Source of the DNA: an uncultured virus (IMG/VR IMGVR_UViG_3300000227_000004)
Lineage: Duplodnaviria; Heunggongvirae; Uroviricota; Caudoviricetes
DNA: 20,000 bases
Reading direction: 5' to 3' (one strand)
Virus record (IMG/VR): IMGVR_UViG_3300000227_000004
Span: 55,274-75,273 of that record
How positions within the stretch are numbered: the first letter of the stretch is position 1; each line of letters begins with the position of its first letter. Under the pieces are notes generated by a model. The model ran no database searches and was not told the origin of the DNA. It worked only from the letters and a program-made list of their open reading frames with translations. Made by a program: the position numbers and the translations under genes. Below are positions 9,066 through 17,107 of this stretch, in pieces.

Positions 9066-9690
9066 TTTCGTTTGTTATTATTTTTGATAAATCCGCCAAT
9101 CCGATTTCTAACGGAAAATACGTGTTTACTCCGGTCCCCAACTGTTTTGGGTCTGTCGGTCTGGCGTAATTTATGGCTGCGTATAGGCATGCCTCTGGGT
9201 ATCTATCTATGTCCGTCCTTATTATGTATTTCAATGCGGGATTCGCTTCCCACATTTCCCTAGGTAACTGTGCTGGGTGTTTGACACCAACCCTGGACGC
9301 TCTGTATACTTCCCTCAGCACTATTGCCCCTGTGTTGGTGTATATTCCTAGACACTTTAACAGACCGATTACTAAGGCTATATAAGTCAGTGGATCAGTT
9401 TTTGCTTTCACTGTGGTTAACTTTGCACACATGACTGCATCTTCAGAAATAGGTATCGAATAATAATTTCTGAAGAAATTCAGATGGACTAGTAGCAGCT
9501 TTTTAAAAGTAAATCGTTTTATTCCAAAAAGCCTGACTAATTCCACTATGCACATTGGGGAAGTGCTCTCGGCCACATACTTGGCAAGAGTTTCTATGGA
9601 CTTGTCTAAACTGGATCTGCTTAGATCGGTGGCATACTTAATTTTGTATCTTCCATTAGTTAACTTCCGAATCTCTTCCGAATATATCAT
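9010..9690 (-). CDS. Hypothetical protein (226 aa) directly upstream of the RT
   Basis: GAGGAG RBS before ATG 9690. Overlaps the primase-helicase end and the RT start. No family recognised. Confidence 0.75.
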   Translation of the reverse strand: MIYSEEIRKLTNGRYKIKYATDLSRSSLDKSIETLAKYVAESTSPMCIVELVRLFGIKRFTFKKLLLVHLNFFRNYYSIPISEDAVMCAKLTTVKAKTDPLTYIALVIGLLKCLGIYTNTGAIVLREVYRASRVGVKHPAQLPREMWEANPALKYIIRTDIDRYPEACLYAAINYARPTDPKQLGTGVNTYFPLEIGLADLSKIITNESEKENGTNNDSRNKTISI

Positions 9691-12600
9691 CTATACTCTC
9701 CTCAATTGGCTTGACTTCTCCGGAAAAGATTATATCGTTGGACGTAATACCAGACAGCTTTCTGTCACGTAAGTCTCTGGCTAATTTGTACAGCTTGGCA
9801 GTAGGTTTATATGTGCCTCCAGTATACTCTGTGTCTAGCATATTATCTGCGGCCAGAAGTTGCAGGACTTTAATTACGTCATTTCTGTTGAGTTTAAGGT
9901 GCATTGCAAGTTCTTCGGCCCTTATCCTGTTAACTTGATTTATGTGAAAAATTATTTCGGTAATGCTCACGGTAGTTGGTATCTGGTGACGTGCCAGCAC
10001 TCTTGAAAAATACTGAAGCCAATCGGCAGGAACTTCTACTTTTCTACGGCATTCTGCTGCCTCTTCATCTAATGCTACTGATTTTGAACCATAAGTCCCG
10101 TCCAGCAGGGCATACGCATTTTCTACGTCTTCAATTGTCACAGTTACTTTAACAAAATCGTCACTTCTCATGTTAAACATCGCCATGGATGCACTAATTC
10201 TAGCAACTTTCTCATGAGTATCCGTGGAAATTAGTGGCAGTGTCGTAGCTGCAGCGTAGTACTTATCCATTAGAACCATGGCTTTTTTTAATATTTCCCG
10301 GGTAACTTCCGGAGGAAATATTATTTCTGCGGGGCTCCTGGTCCAGGACCACAAAAGCCCCGTCCTAACTACGTCCTGCGGCACAGTGAGTTTAACATCT
10401 GTCACTTCTTTTAAGATTACACTGGCGTCAACTTCATCTTTGAAGAAGAACTGAAATATATCAAATCTTCTAGCATCAGGCGTTTCCATAATCTCCATTA
10501 TTGCTTGACAGCCACGTTTATAAGTATCCATTGATAGGCCTTTTGCCGGATTTGCCGAAGCGATTAAACGTACTCGGCAAGCTTTAGACCCTCGCTTAAT
10601 TTTTGTAATCATGGCTCTGCCGGTAGACCTTATTTCTCTTAAAGCACTTAAGGCGAGTGTGTTACTTTGCAGCTTTTCCATTTCATCGATGAAAACGATT
10701 GTTTTGTCACTAATAGGCAACAGCCCCCAGGATATATATTGGTGGTTGTCATACTTATCCACGCCCCCAATTAAGCCGGCAGTAGTAGCATTCCCCCCGC
10801 TTACGTGGTTATACGTCCCAAGGAATTTCAAAATATGTTCTGGCATTTTTGATTTGCCCTGTGAGGAATCTCCGATGAAGCATGTCTCCACCCAGCCTCT
10901 GTCTAGCATACGGCCGTTAAACTCAATCTGTAGTGGACTGAATAGGGTGAGCATTACAGTGAGTGCCTCTCTGTATCTACCCCTAATGCCGCAAACCTGG
11001 TCTGCCATTGAGTATACGAGCTCCTGCTTATCCAGAGCCTTGTAAGCTTTCAGCTGCTCCAGCTGTTCTGGAGTAGGATTGAATTGGTCTAAATTACCTA
11101 ACATTCGTTCTACTTTAGAGAAGACGAAAGTAGTTTTTTGATCTTTCGGATGTGGATGGACTCGGCCAATTCCAATATAGTCAGTCGACACATTTATGCT
11201 GTGGCCATTAAAATATGAATAATATGTCCTAGGCTCTATGGAGAACCGGCTTTTAAATAGCATGTTTCTCATAACTTCATCCGCAGATGATATCATGATG
11301 GGCTGTACATGGTGGTGGGATTTTTCAGTCATTTTTAGAAAAGCCGGCTTTACACACGGTATTCTAGCAAATCCCATCAGAACCCTCTTGTTGTTTGCCT
11401 CAGGGATACCTATACATGAGATCAGGTCTTTCCCATCAGACGAAACTACATATTTAGTCTCACCCGATTTATTATTAAAATCGCAGATGACTTTATTGCC
11501 AGTCCTGGCTGGGCACCCTTCCGAACAAGTAAATATTACTTCTTTAGGAACATGGTATGAGCCACCAACTAATGAGTCAGCTTTGAATGGGACTGATATT
11601 GACTTACCTATTACTTGATACTGCTCAACTTGCTCAACCAGTTCAAGCCTTTGATCTACCTTTGATTTAGGGTATGCGAGTTTTATGGGGGACAAGCCTC
11701 CCCGGTCTATGATCTCAGCACAATTCTTGGCGCAAATATGGATGTTTTGCATTCTGGCGCAAGACATCGGAATGTACTTCTTCTGATCTCTCGCATGCCG
11801 TATCATCTTTTCAGTTTCTTCTTTGCTGTAGTCAGAGCAATTAGCGATAATCTCATGAAGTTTTTCAGCACCGCTCTCACCAAAATGTATGCAAAAAGTC
11901 ATCAGACAGACTCGCTCTTCGTGTAGTAAATGATGCTCTTTCTGTGCCTTGTTAATTAATCTTTTCAGCGCATTGCATCCGCTCAGCATGCTACTAATAG
12001 AAGCACACGTAGGGGGCTTGGATAAGTCCTTTATCTCTCCTTCTGGAGAATAAGTTCCCACGTTTAATTGTATATTGTTTATTTTGTCTAGGAGCTCTCC
12101 AATGTCATCCATCGAAAGCTTTCGTGTCTTTTTTAGGTAATCAAATTGAGATAGGGGTGGCTTATTCGCATCCTGGAACAGATCTACGAAATACCCTCGT
12201 TTACCAGTAACTCGGTGCACGCCTAGTGGGAGCTTTATCAAGCTTCCATATGCTCCCCCTGACGCCATCTGTTTTGGAAAAACCTCTAGAGATTTAGGTA
12301 GTTTTGCTTGAGTTTTTATAATAGACGCGAAGTTGTACACGGTCTTGACAGGTATGGGTCTGTCGAAAAATATGTCTAAATGCCAGCCTTTACTGCCTGA
12401 GAAAGAAACTAAATACATGTCGTTGGTTATGCCAACAGAATTCAAGTAAATAATAAAGTCTCTAACTTTGTTTTCTAGCACTAACAAAGCCTGGCTAAAC
12501 GCCTCATCTCTAGCCTTAGAGTCCGTTATCTGCTCGATCCCCCGTCGGTCTTCGATTCCAAGGTCGAAGTCAAAGGTGCAATGCAGGCAGCAATCTTTAC

Positions 12601-12841
12601 TGGGCTCTTCAAGTATAATCGTGTAAACACCAAGAGTTCGGCTCCCATCTAAATGACTAATTAGAGCCTCATCGAAATCTGCGTTCGGGCCTTCTATTTT
12701 ATTGTACCTGGATTTGTTATTCTCGTTAGGGGGGAGTTGCTCGGCGTAGCAGTGCTTATTTGTTTTATAAAAGCTGCTGAATAGCGAAACATTTTCCGGA
12801 GTTAAATCTAGCTGCTCATAAAGAACGGTACCATCCGTCAT
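9656..12841 (-). CDS. Primase-helicase fusion: AEP primase, PriL-like Fe-S domain, MCM-type AAA+ helicase and C-terminal winged helix
   Basis: AEP motifs FDFD, SFSGSKGWH and IKLPLGVH. Cys pattern C...HLLHEER...Y.PMSC..MQNIHIC..NC..SPI like the PriL C-terminal domain. MCM Walker A GDSSQGKS, Walker B IDEMEK, LIASANP and R-finger RRFD. AGGAG RBS. Confidence 0.88.
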   Translation of the reverse strand: MTDGTVLYEQLDLTPENVSLFSSFYKTNKHCYAEQLPPNENNKSRYNKIEGPNADFDEALISHLDGSRTLGVYTIILEEPSKDCCLHCTFDFDLGIEDRRGIEQITDSKARDEAFSQALLVLENKVRDFIIYLNSVGITNDMYLVSFSGSKGWHLDIFFDRPIPVKTVYNFASIIKTQAKLPKSLEVFPKQMASGGAYGSLIKLPLGVHRVTGKRGYFVDLFQDANKPPLSQFDYLKKTRKLSMDDIGELLDKINNIQLNVGTYSPEGEIKDLSKPPTCASISSMLSGCNALKRLINKAQKEHHLLHEERVCLMTFCIHFGESGAEKLHEIIANCSDYSKEETEKMIRHARDQKKYIPMSCARMQNIHICAKNCAEIIDRGGLSPIKLAYPKSKVDQRLELVEQVEQYQVIGKSISVPFKADSLVGGSYHVPKEVIFTCSEGCPARTGNKVICDFNNKSGETKYVVSSDGKDLISCIGIPEANNKRVLMGFARIPCVKPAFLKMTEKSHHHVQPIMISSADEVMRNMLFKSRFSIEPRTYYSYFNGHSINVSTDYIGIGRVHPHPKDQKTTFVFSKVERMLGNLDQFNPTPEQLEQLKAYKALDKQELVYSMADQVCGIRGRYREALTVMLTLFSPLQIEFNGRMLDRGWVETCFIGDSSQGKSKMPEHILKFLGTYNHVSGGNATTAGLIGGVDKYDNHQYISWGLLPISDKTIVFIDEMEKLQSNTLALSALREIRSTGRAMITKIKRGSKACRVRLIASANPAKGLSMDTYKRGCQAIMEIMETPDARRFDIFQFFFKDEVDASVILKEVTDVKLTVPQDVVRTGLLWSWTRSPAEIIFPPEVTREILKKAMVLMDKYYAAATTLPLISTDTHEKVARISASMAMFNMRSDDFVKVTVTIEDVENAYALLDGTYGSKSVALDEEAAECRRKVEVPADWLQYFSRVLARHQIPTTVSITEIIFHINQVNRIRAEELAMHLKLNRNDVIKVLQLLAADNMLDTEYTGGTYKPTAKLYKLARDLRDRKLSGITSNDIIFSGEVKPIEESIDDIFGRDSEVN

Positions 12842-12882
12842 AAGACACTCCTGGTTGGAAAATAGTAAAAAAAATAAAATCG

Positions 12883-12914
12883 AAAAAAGGCCCCGGAACT
12901 AATCCGAGGCCTTT
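12883..12914 (-). terminator. Intrinsic terminator after the SSB-like gene
   Basis: Minus strand reads AGGCCTCGGA-TTAGT-TCCGGGGCCT followed by TTTTT and further T runs. Confidence 0.8.
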
Positions 12915-12920
12915 GTTAGC

Positions 12921-13790
12921 TTAAAAAGCAAGATCGTCCAGATCTGGATTATCCACAATCTCAGCATCCGAAACTGAAGCTTCTGGCTTAACACGTCCTG
13001 TAACTTTGTTAAACAGTGTTTTTTCCACTGGAGCAGTCTGATGTTTGCCAGATGTGCCGCTATTTTTAATAGAGTTAGCGGCATTCATTGCGCCGTAAAT
13101 GTTTTCAAAATATTTTAACAAATCTTTCTGTTCGCGCAGACGATTTTGAGCTTCTTTTGCAAGCTCGACCTTGCTTTCGGCAGTCAAGGGCGTGAAAGTA
13201 AACTCAAACATGGACCATTCAGAATTCCCATCTTTCTTAGATGAGAGCCTGATTGAAAAGTCGAATAAACACAGCGGTGACTTAGAGGCGCTCTTGAGCT
13301 CCTGGATCTTTTTATTAAAGGCACCGACGCTAGTCTGAGGAATTTTAAGCTCTACGGGTCTGTCAATTTTTGGAATTTTAATAAGAAGTCTGTGCGAAGA
13401 TGAGCACTCTCTGTACTTACCCTCACCCACGCGTTTGTCCTTCCACTCATGGTGTGGGCATGTTTCACAGCTTTCGAATTTTGAGGGTCTTCCATGGTTG
13501 ATAGCTACGCACACTGGTGCTTTGTTTTCATCCTCACCCTGGTCTTCCCGCTTTTCGTAGTATTCCATGAATGAGGCATGAGTGACAACCCAGCCCTTCA
13601 ATTCTTTCGTGACTGAGTCATCGGGTAAACTAAACGTCTGGTTGGAATGACCCACCTTCACTTTAGGGAACCTGTTGATTCTGGCACCAAAGGCCGCGAT
13701 GTCATGCTGGGCACTCTCTTCGATGAGGGCAGCGAGCTCCGGATTGTCTGTCAAAATACTGGCGTCAATTGTGGTAAGGTCGGTGTTCAT
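12921..13790 (-). CDS. Phage single-stranded DNA-binding / annealing-type protein (289 aa)
   Basis: Start reassigned to ATG 13790 (AGGAG RBS, ATGA overlap with the upstream stop). Acidic aromatic-ending tail DNPDLDDLAF, CxxC motif, and position between nuclease and primase-helicase. Confidence 0.65.
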   Translation of the reverse strand: MNTDLTTIDASILTDNPELAALIEESAQHDIAAFGARINRFPKVKVGHSNQTFSLPDDSVTKELKGWVVTHASFMEYYEKREDQGEDENKAPVCVAINHGRPSKFESCETCPHHEWKDKRVGEGKYRECSSSHRLLIKIPKIDRPVELKIPQTSVGAFNKKIQELKSASKSPLCLFDFSIRLSSKKDGNSEWSMFEFTFTPLTAESKVELAKEAQNRLREQKDLLKYFENIYGAMNAANSIKNSGTSGKHQTAPVEKTLFNKVTGRVKPEASVSDAEIVDNPDLDDLAF

Positions 13791-14686
13791 AAATCGTCTC
13801 CTGTTAAAAAATTTGGTTTGGGTTTTGATAATAGCATTTTTAGGTTCTCTTCGTCCAGGCAATATTCAGCATATTCACACGGGCAGTTGCCATTTCTGTA
13901 ATTCCTGCTGATTTTATTATTCCTAAGAATATCATCTACTAAGTCTATTCTTTCGAATAATTCTTTTTCTGCCGACTGGATTTCTTCTGGGGTAAACATG
14001 TATGAGTAAATTTTAAAATTCTTAGTTAGAATAAACTCATGTATCTCGTAAGACTCTATTATAATGTCAGTCTTTTGTTCTATGGCCTTTTTGTAAACCA
14101 GTAACTGTTGCTTGAATTCTTGCCTAAGCTTCATTTTATGGAACTTGTTACTTAATGGATCTTTAGGGTGGTCCTGCCCTGCGGTTTTAAAGTCGATCAG
14201 TCGTCTGTCATACCGCAAATCTAGCTGGCCTTTGAACTTCTTTTTTTTTATGATGATTTCATCATAAGTTTGTTCAGTGTCAATAGCCGCATCGTGTGTC
14301 TGATACTCAAAATTGTTAGCTAAAAAATCTCCCATACCAGTTATTAGGGCGGAATTACTTTCTAAAATCTCAGCTGACTGTTTCAAGACATCTTCATCAA
14401 TTAGTTCTTTCTTTTGTTTCTTGAAGAACTCTACTGCTTGATGAAGACATTCTGAAAATGTTTCTTCCGCACCTCTTGGTGCAGATTTGCTTTTGATTTT
14501 TAGAAAGTAATTCTCTAAAGCCTTGTGTATTATCTTACCTTTGGTTAGGGCAGGGGACTTACAATGAAAGGGGAGCCTTAGGATTGAGCCTAAGACCCCC
14601 TTCATTGAGCATGCCAGCATTGTAGACAGAAAAGATGGGGACATGTGCCCCCGCAATTCTAGGTTTAAAAACATAAATTCCTTCAT
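13787..14686 (-). CDS. PD-(D/E)XK exonuclease, Cas4/AddB/RecB-like, with probable Fe-S staple
   Basis: SPS...C, GKIIHKALE, KGQLD...LIDFKT, QLLVY and C-terminal CPCEYAEYC. Confidence 0.85.
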   Translation of the reverse strand: MKEFMFLNLELRGHMSPSFLSTMLACSMKGVLGSILRLPFHCKSPALTKGKIIHKALENYFLKIKSKSAPRGAEETFSECLHQAVEFFKKQKKELIDEDVLKQSAEILESNSALITGMGDFLANNFEYQTHDAAIDTEQTYDEIIIKKKKFKGQLDLRYDRRLIDFKTAGQDHPKDPLSNKFHKMKLRQEFKQQLLVYKKAIEQKTDIIIESYEIHEFILTKNFKIYSYMFTPEEIQSAEKELFERIDLVDDILRNNKISRNYRNGNCPCEYAEYCLDEENLKMLLSKPKPNFLTGDDL

Positions 14687-14865
14687 AAGCTACACCTTTA
14701 CAATGTGTTTGTTTTGATTGTGCAACGTTGTCCTCCCAATATGGATTTAGGGCGATTTGGTCCTGAGATGTTTTGATCCTGGTAGTCTTGTTCTCCTTCC
14801 ACAGTCGGGTGACTAATAATTACCTTTTATTATTAGTCATCCGACTGTGGAGGAGAACAAACAAG

Positions 14866-14904
14866 TTTTAAAGTCATATGCGTCGATGACAACGCTAAGT
14901 TCTA
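14866..14904. repeat. Conserved repeat copy 1
   Basis: TTTTAAAGTCATATGCGTCGATGACAACGCTAAGTTCTA; 36/39 identical to copy 3. Confidence 0.95.
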
Positions 14905-15089
14905 AAGTGTGTATATATTGTCTTTCACTACATGTGCGTGTCTCGTGGTTCCAATTTTGTTTTTATTCAAACGTCTACCTGGATGGTCCAACCGTCGCTG
15001 CTGTCATGTTGGTCGTACTTCTCGGATCGTGATCCAGAGGACGATCAACATGACAGCAGCGGAGGTTTGGGCCATCGTATATTATGTTT

Positions 15090-15118
15090 ATATGCGTCGA
15101 TGGCAACGCTAAGTCCTA
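15090..15118. repeat. Conserved repeat copy 2 (29-nt core)
   Basis: ATATGCGTCGATGGCAACGCTAAGTCCTA; 27/29 identical to the copy 1 core. Similarity to copy 3 extends ~11 nt further (TGTGAAAGATT vs TTTGTAAGATT). Confidence 0.95.
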
Positions 15119-15268
15119 TGTGAAAGATTTTTTTGTTAAAAAAAATCGGCAATCTTACCCTGTTCTGGCCGGCCTTACACTTTGCGCGGGGCAGACCTTA
15201 CATCTGATTGGGGTCTACCTTAAGCCTGTATGGGGCAGCGGTTGCCCCAGGTTGGGATTGCCGATTAA

Positions 15269-15307
15269 TTTTAAAGTCATATGCGTCGATGAGAACGCTA
15301 TGTCCTA
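15269..15307. repeat. Conserved repeat copy 3
   Basis: TTTTAAAGTCATATGCGTCGATGAGAACGCTATGTCCTA; unit periods are 214 and 189 nt. Confidence 0.95.
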
Positions 15308-15349
15308 TTTGTAAGATTACTGTCCTTATAACGTATTTTTCCGTTTTTT

Positions 15350-17107
15350 TTATGCTGGCCCTTCTGAGAACCTTCTTGACCAAAATTCTGTCTTTCTAAC
15401 TTTGTTCCAGCTTGATAATGGGACGAAGTACCCAATTATTCTTGTCGTGTAATCTACTATTTTCCCTTTGCAAATCGGGCATTCACTGTGTTTTCCTATA
15501 GTATTATGCTGATTCTCGCATTGAGCATACACATGTGTCGGTGCGAAATGAGTCATCCCTGCCTTTGCGGCCATTTTTATCAATGAAATCATGCTTTTGT
15601 TCGTCAGTTGTTTTTCTATATTCAGATGAGTAATCGCACCCCCCGTAAAGTATTCATCCAGCTCTCCTGCGTATTTCACTCTGTCTAATAGATCAACATC
15701 TTCCCAAAGTGGTATATACTGATTGCTTAATATCTGGAGGCCCACTTCCTGCCCTAACTCTGCCGCAGCACTTTCCCCAGGTATCTGCTCTATGTTTATT
15801 GGCATTTTTAGACACTTAGACATGCATGATACCGAATCTTTTATTATGAGCATGATGCTCTTTATTTCCTCGATTATCTCTACTAATTTTGGCGATTGAA
15901 CACCTTTCTTACTTAGGGATATTATTGCCCCTTCCCAGATGCCTATAATACCTACAGTGGAGAAAAAATTCTGATCTAGGTTCTCCCAATTATTCTTAAA
16001 GAACTTTAAAAACTTCCCAGACTTATGCGACACTAAACTTCTTAAAAGTTCTCTATGGGTCTTAAGCACTTTTATGGCGGTGTTTGTATACTCCTCTAAA
16101 GATTTCCCGTCTGAGATTATTTTCGGGATATTTAAAGTAACGACTCTGTGAGAGCCTATTCTGACCCCCCCATTGCCAAAAGAGTCTACGCCTGCCATGT
16201 CCATAAGTAAATCTAAATCATTTGACATTCGGCAACATGATGCGAACTTCCTGGCATCTTTAGAGATGTATATGTTAAGTCTACCGGTTTTTAGGTAAGA
16301 GGCTATCTCATGGAGCCACTCTTCGTCTAGAATTTCTCTTGTTGGTGAGAGGGCTATATTGGCCGTAGTTACGGGGAATCTAAAAGGCTTGCCCTTTATC
16401 CCTTTAGCGAATTCTTCAAGAAAGACTTTCTGTAGCGCTTTTATAATTAGTATCTGCTCTGGCGTTTGCTTGAATACTACATCAAGCGTCGGAGCGTCCG
16501 CGATAGTCACATTTACAAACGGAGATTGGCCTGATGGCCTCACTTTTCTGTGGAAGGTAAAGATCATTGATTGGTATACATTAGCAATGTGGTATTTCTC
16601 TTGATTAACATGCTCGACAGATTTAAAAAACTCAGCGGAGTTTACAAACAAGTCTGGGATTGCTATTGCGCCGGCATGATCTTGTGCCATCTCTAGAACT
16701 AGGTCTATGACCTGCATAACATAGCTGTCAAATCTCTTGGGCCTGTCTGATGGGTAATCCTCTACATACTGGAGTCCCTCAAGTAGTATTCTACCAGTAG
16801 AAGTGGCATAGCAATATGGTATGATGCCCTTAGTTATGTCATGAAAATAGAAATATTTAGGGGCGGCCGGCCCGGACATGTGTGCTTCTTCACGCCAGAA
16901 TTTATCTAACTCCTCACGAGTCATGTGCTCTGAAAGATTATCATACATCATTTTTACGGTCAGGTCTGCAAGACCTTTTGCTGCGTAGTCCATGGCAAAG
17001 TTACTGAAAGAAAAGTTAGCGGCATTGGCATTTTTATCGTAAGCTATTTCACCTGGCTCTTCAGTCATGTGTTTCTGGAACATTTGGTAAGATCTATCAT
17101 CTAACAT
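15350..17107 (-). CDS. nrdD: Anaerobic (class III) ribonucleoside-triphosphate reductase, no ATP-cone
   Basis: YFHD, PYC, QSPFVN, active-site ASCCR, EQIPGES, GGAITH, Zn site C..H...CPIC and glycyl-radical loop TRIIGYF. Adjacent activase. Confidence 0.95.
   Translation of the reverse strand: MLDDRSYQMFQKHMTEEPGEIAYDKNANAANFSFSNFAMDYAAKGLADLTVKMMYDNLSEHMTREELDKFWREEAHMSGPAAPKYFYFHDITKGIIPYCYATSTGRILLEGLQYVEDYPSDRPKRFDSYVMQVIDLVLEMAQDHAGAIAIPDLFVNSAEFFKSVEHVNQEKYHIANVYQSMIFTFHRKVRPSGQSPFVNVTIADAPTLDVVFKQTPEQILIIKALQKVFLEEFAKGIKGKPFRFPVTTANIALSPTREILDEEWLHEIASYLKTGRLNIYISKDARKFASCCRMSNDLDLLMDMAGVDSFGNGGVRIGSHRVVTLNIPKIISDGKSLEEYTNTAIKVLKTHRELLRSLVSHKSGKFLKFFKNNWENLDQNFFSTVGIIGIWEGAIISLSKKGVQSPKLVEIIEEIKSIMLIIKDSVSCMSKCLKMPINIEQIPGESAAAELGQEVGLQILSNQYIPLWEDVDLLDRVKYAGELDEYFTGGAITHLNIEKQLTNKSMISLIKMAAKAGMTHFAPTHVYAQCENQHNTIGKHSECPICKGKIVDYTTRIIGYFVPLSSWNKVRKTEFWSRRFSEGPA

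Larger units (their letters stand above)
14788..15318. ncRNA. Putative structured non-coding RNA array: three units of [unique long hairpin + conserved repeat]
   Basis: Hairpins at 14788-14860, 14982-15076 and 15144-15266, each followed within 2-13 nt by the repeat. No credible ORF. Expression and strand are not demonstrated. Confidence 0.6.

Noticed and set aside
14716..14734. Possible degenerate fourth repeat (GATTGTGCAACGTTGTCCT)
   Set aside because: Only CAACG and GTCCT match, with gaps; cannot be distinguished from chance by eye.
14866..15307. CRISPR array interpretation of the three repeats
   Set aside because: The intervening sequences are ~150-185 nt and strongly self-complementary, unlike 25-50-nt spacers. 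The repeats differ from each other and no cas1/cas2 or effector genes are present.
14847..15399. Six short ORFs (61-76 aa) across the array
   Set aside because: They overlap in several frames, lack convincing starts, and cross hairpins and repeats, which are better explained as nucleic-acid structure.
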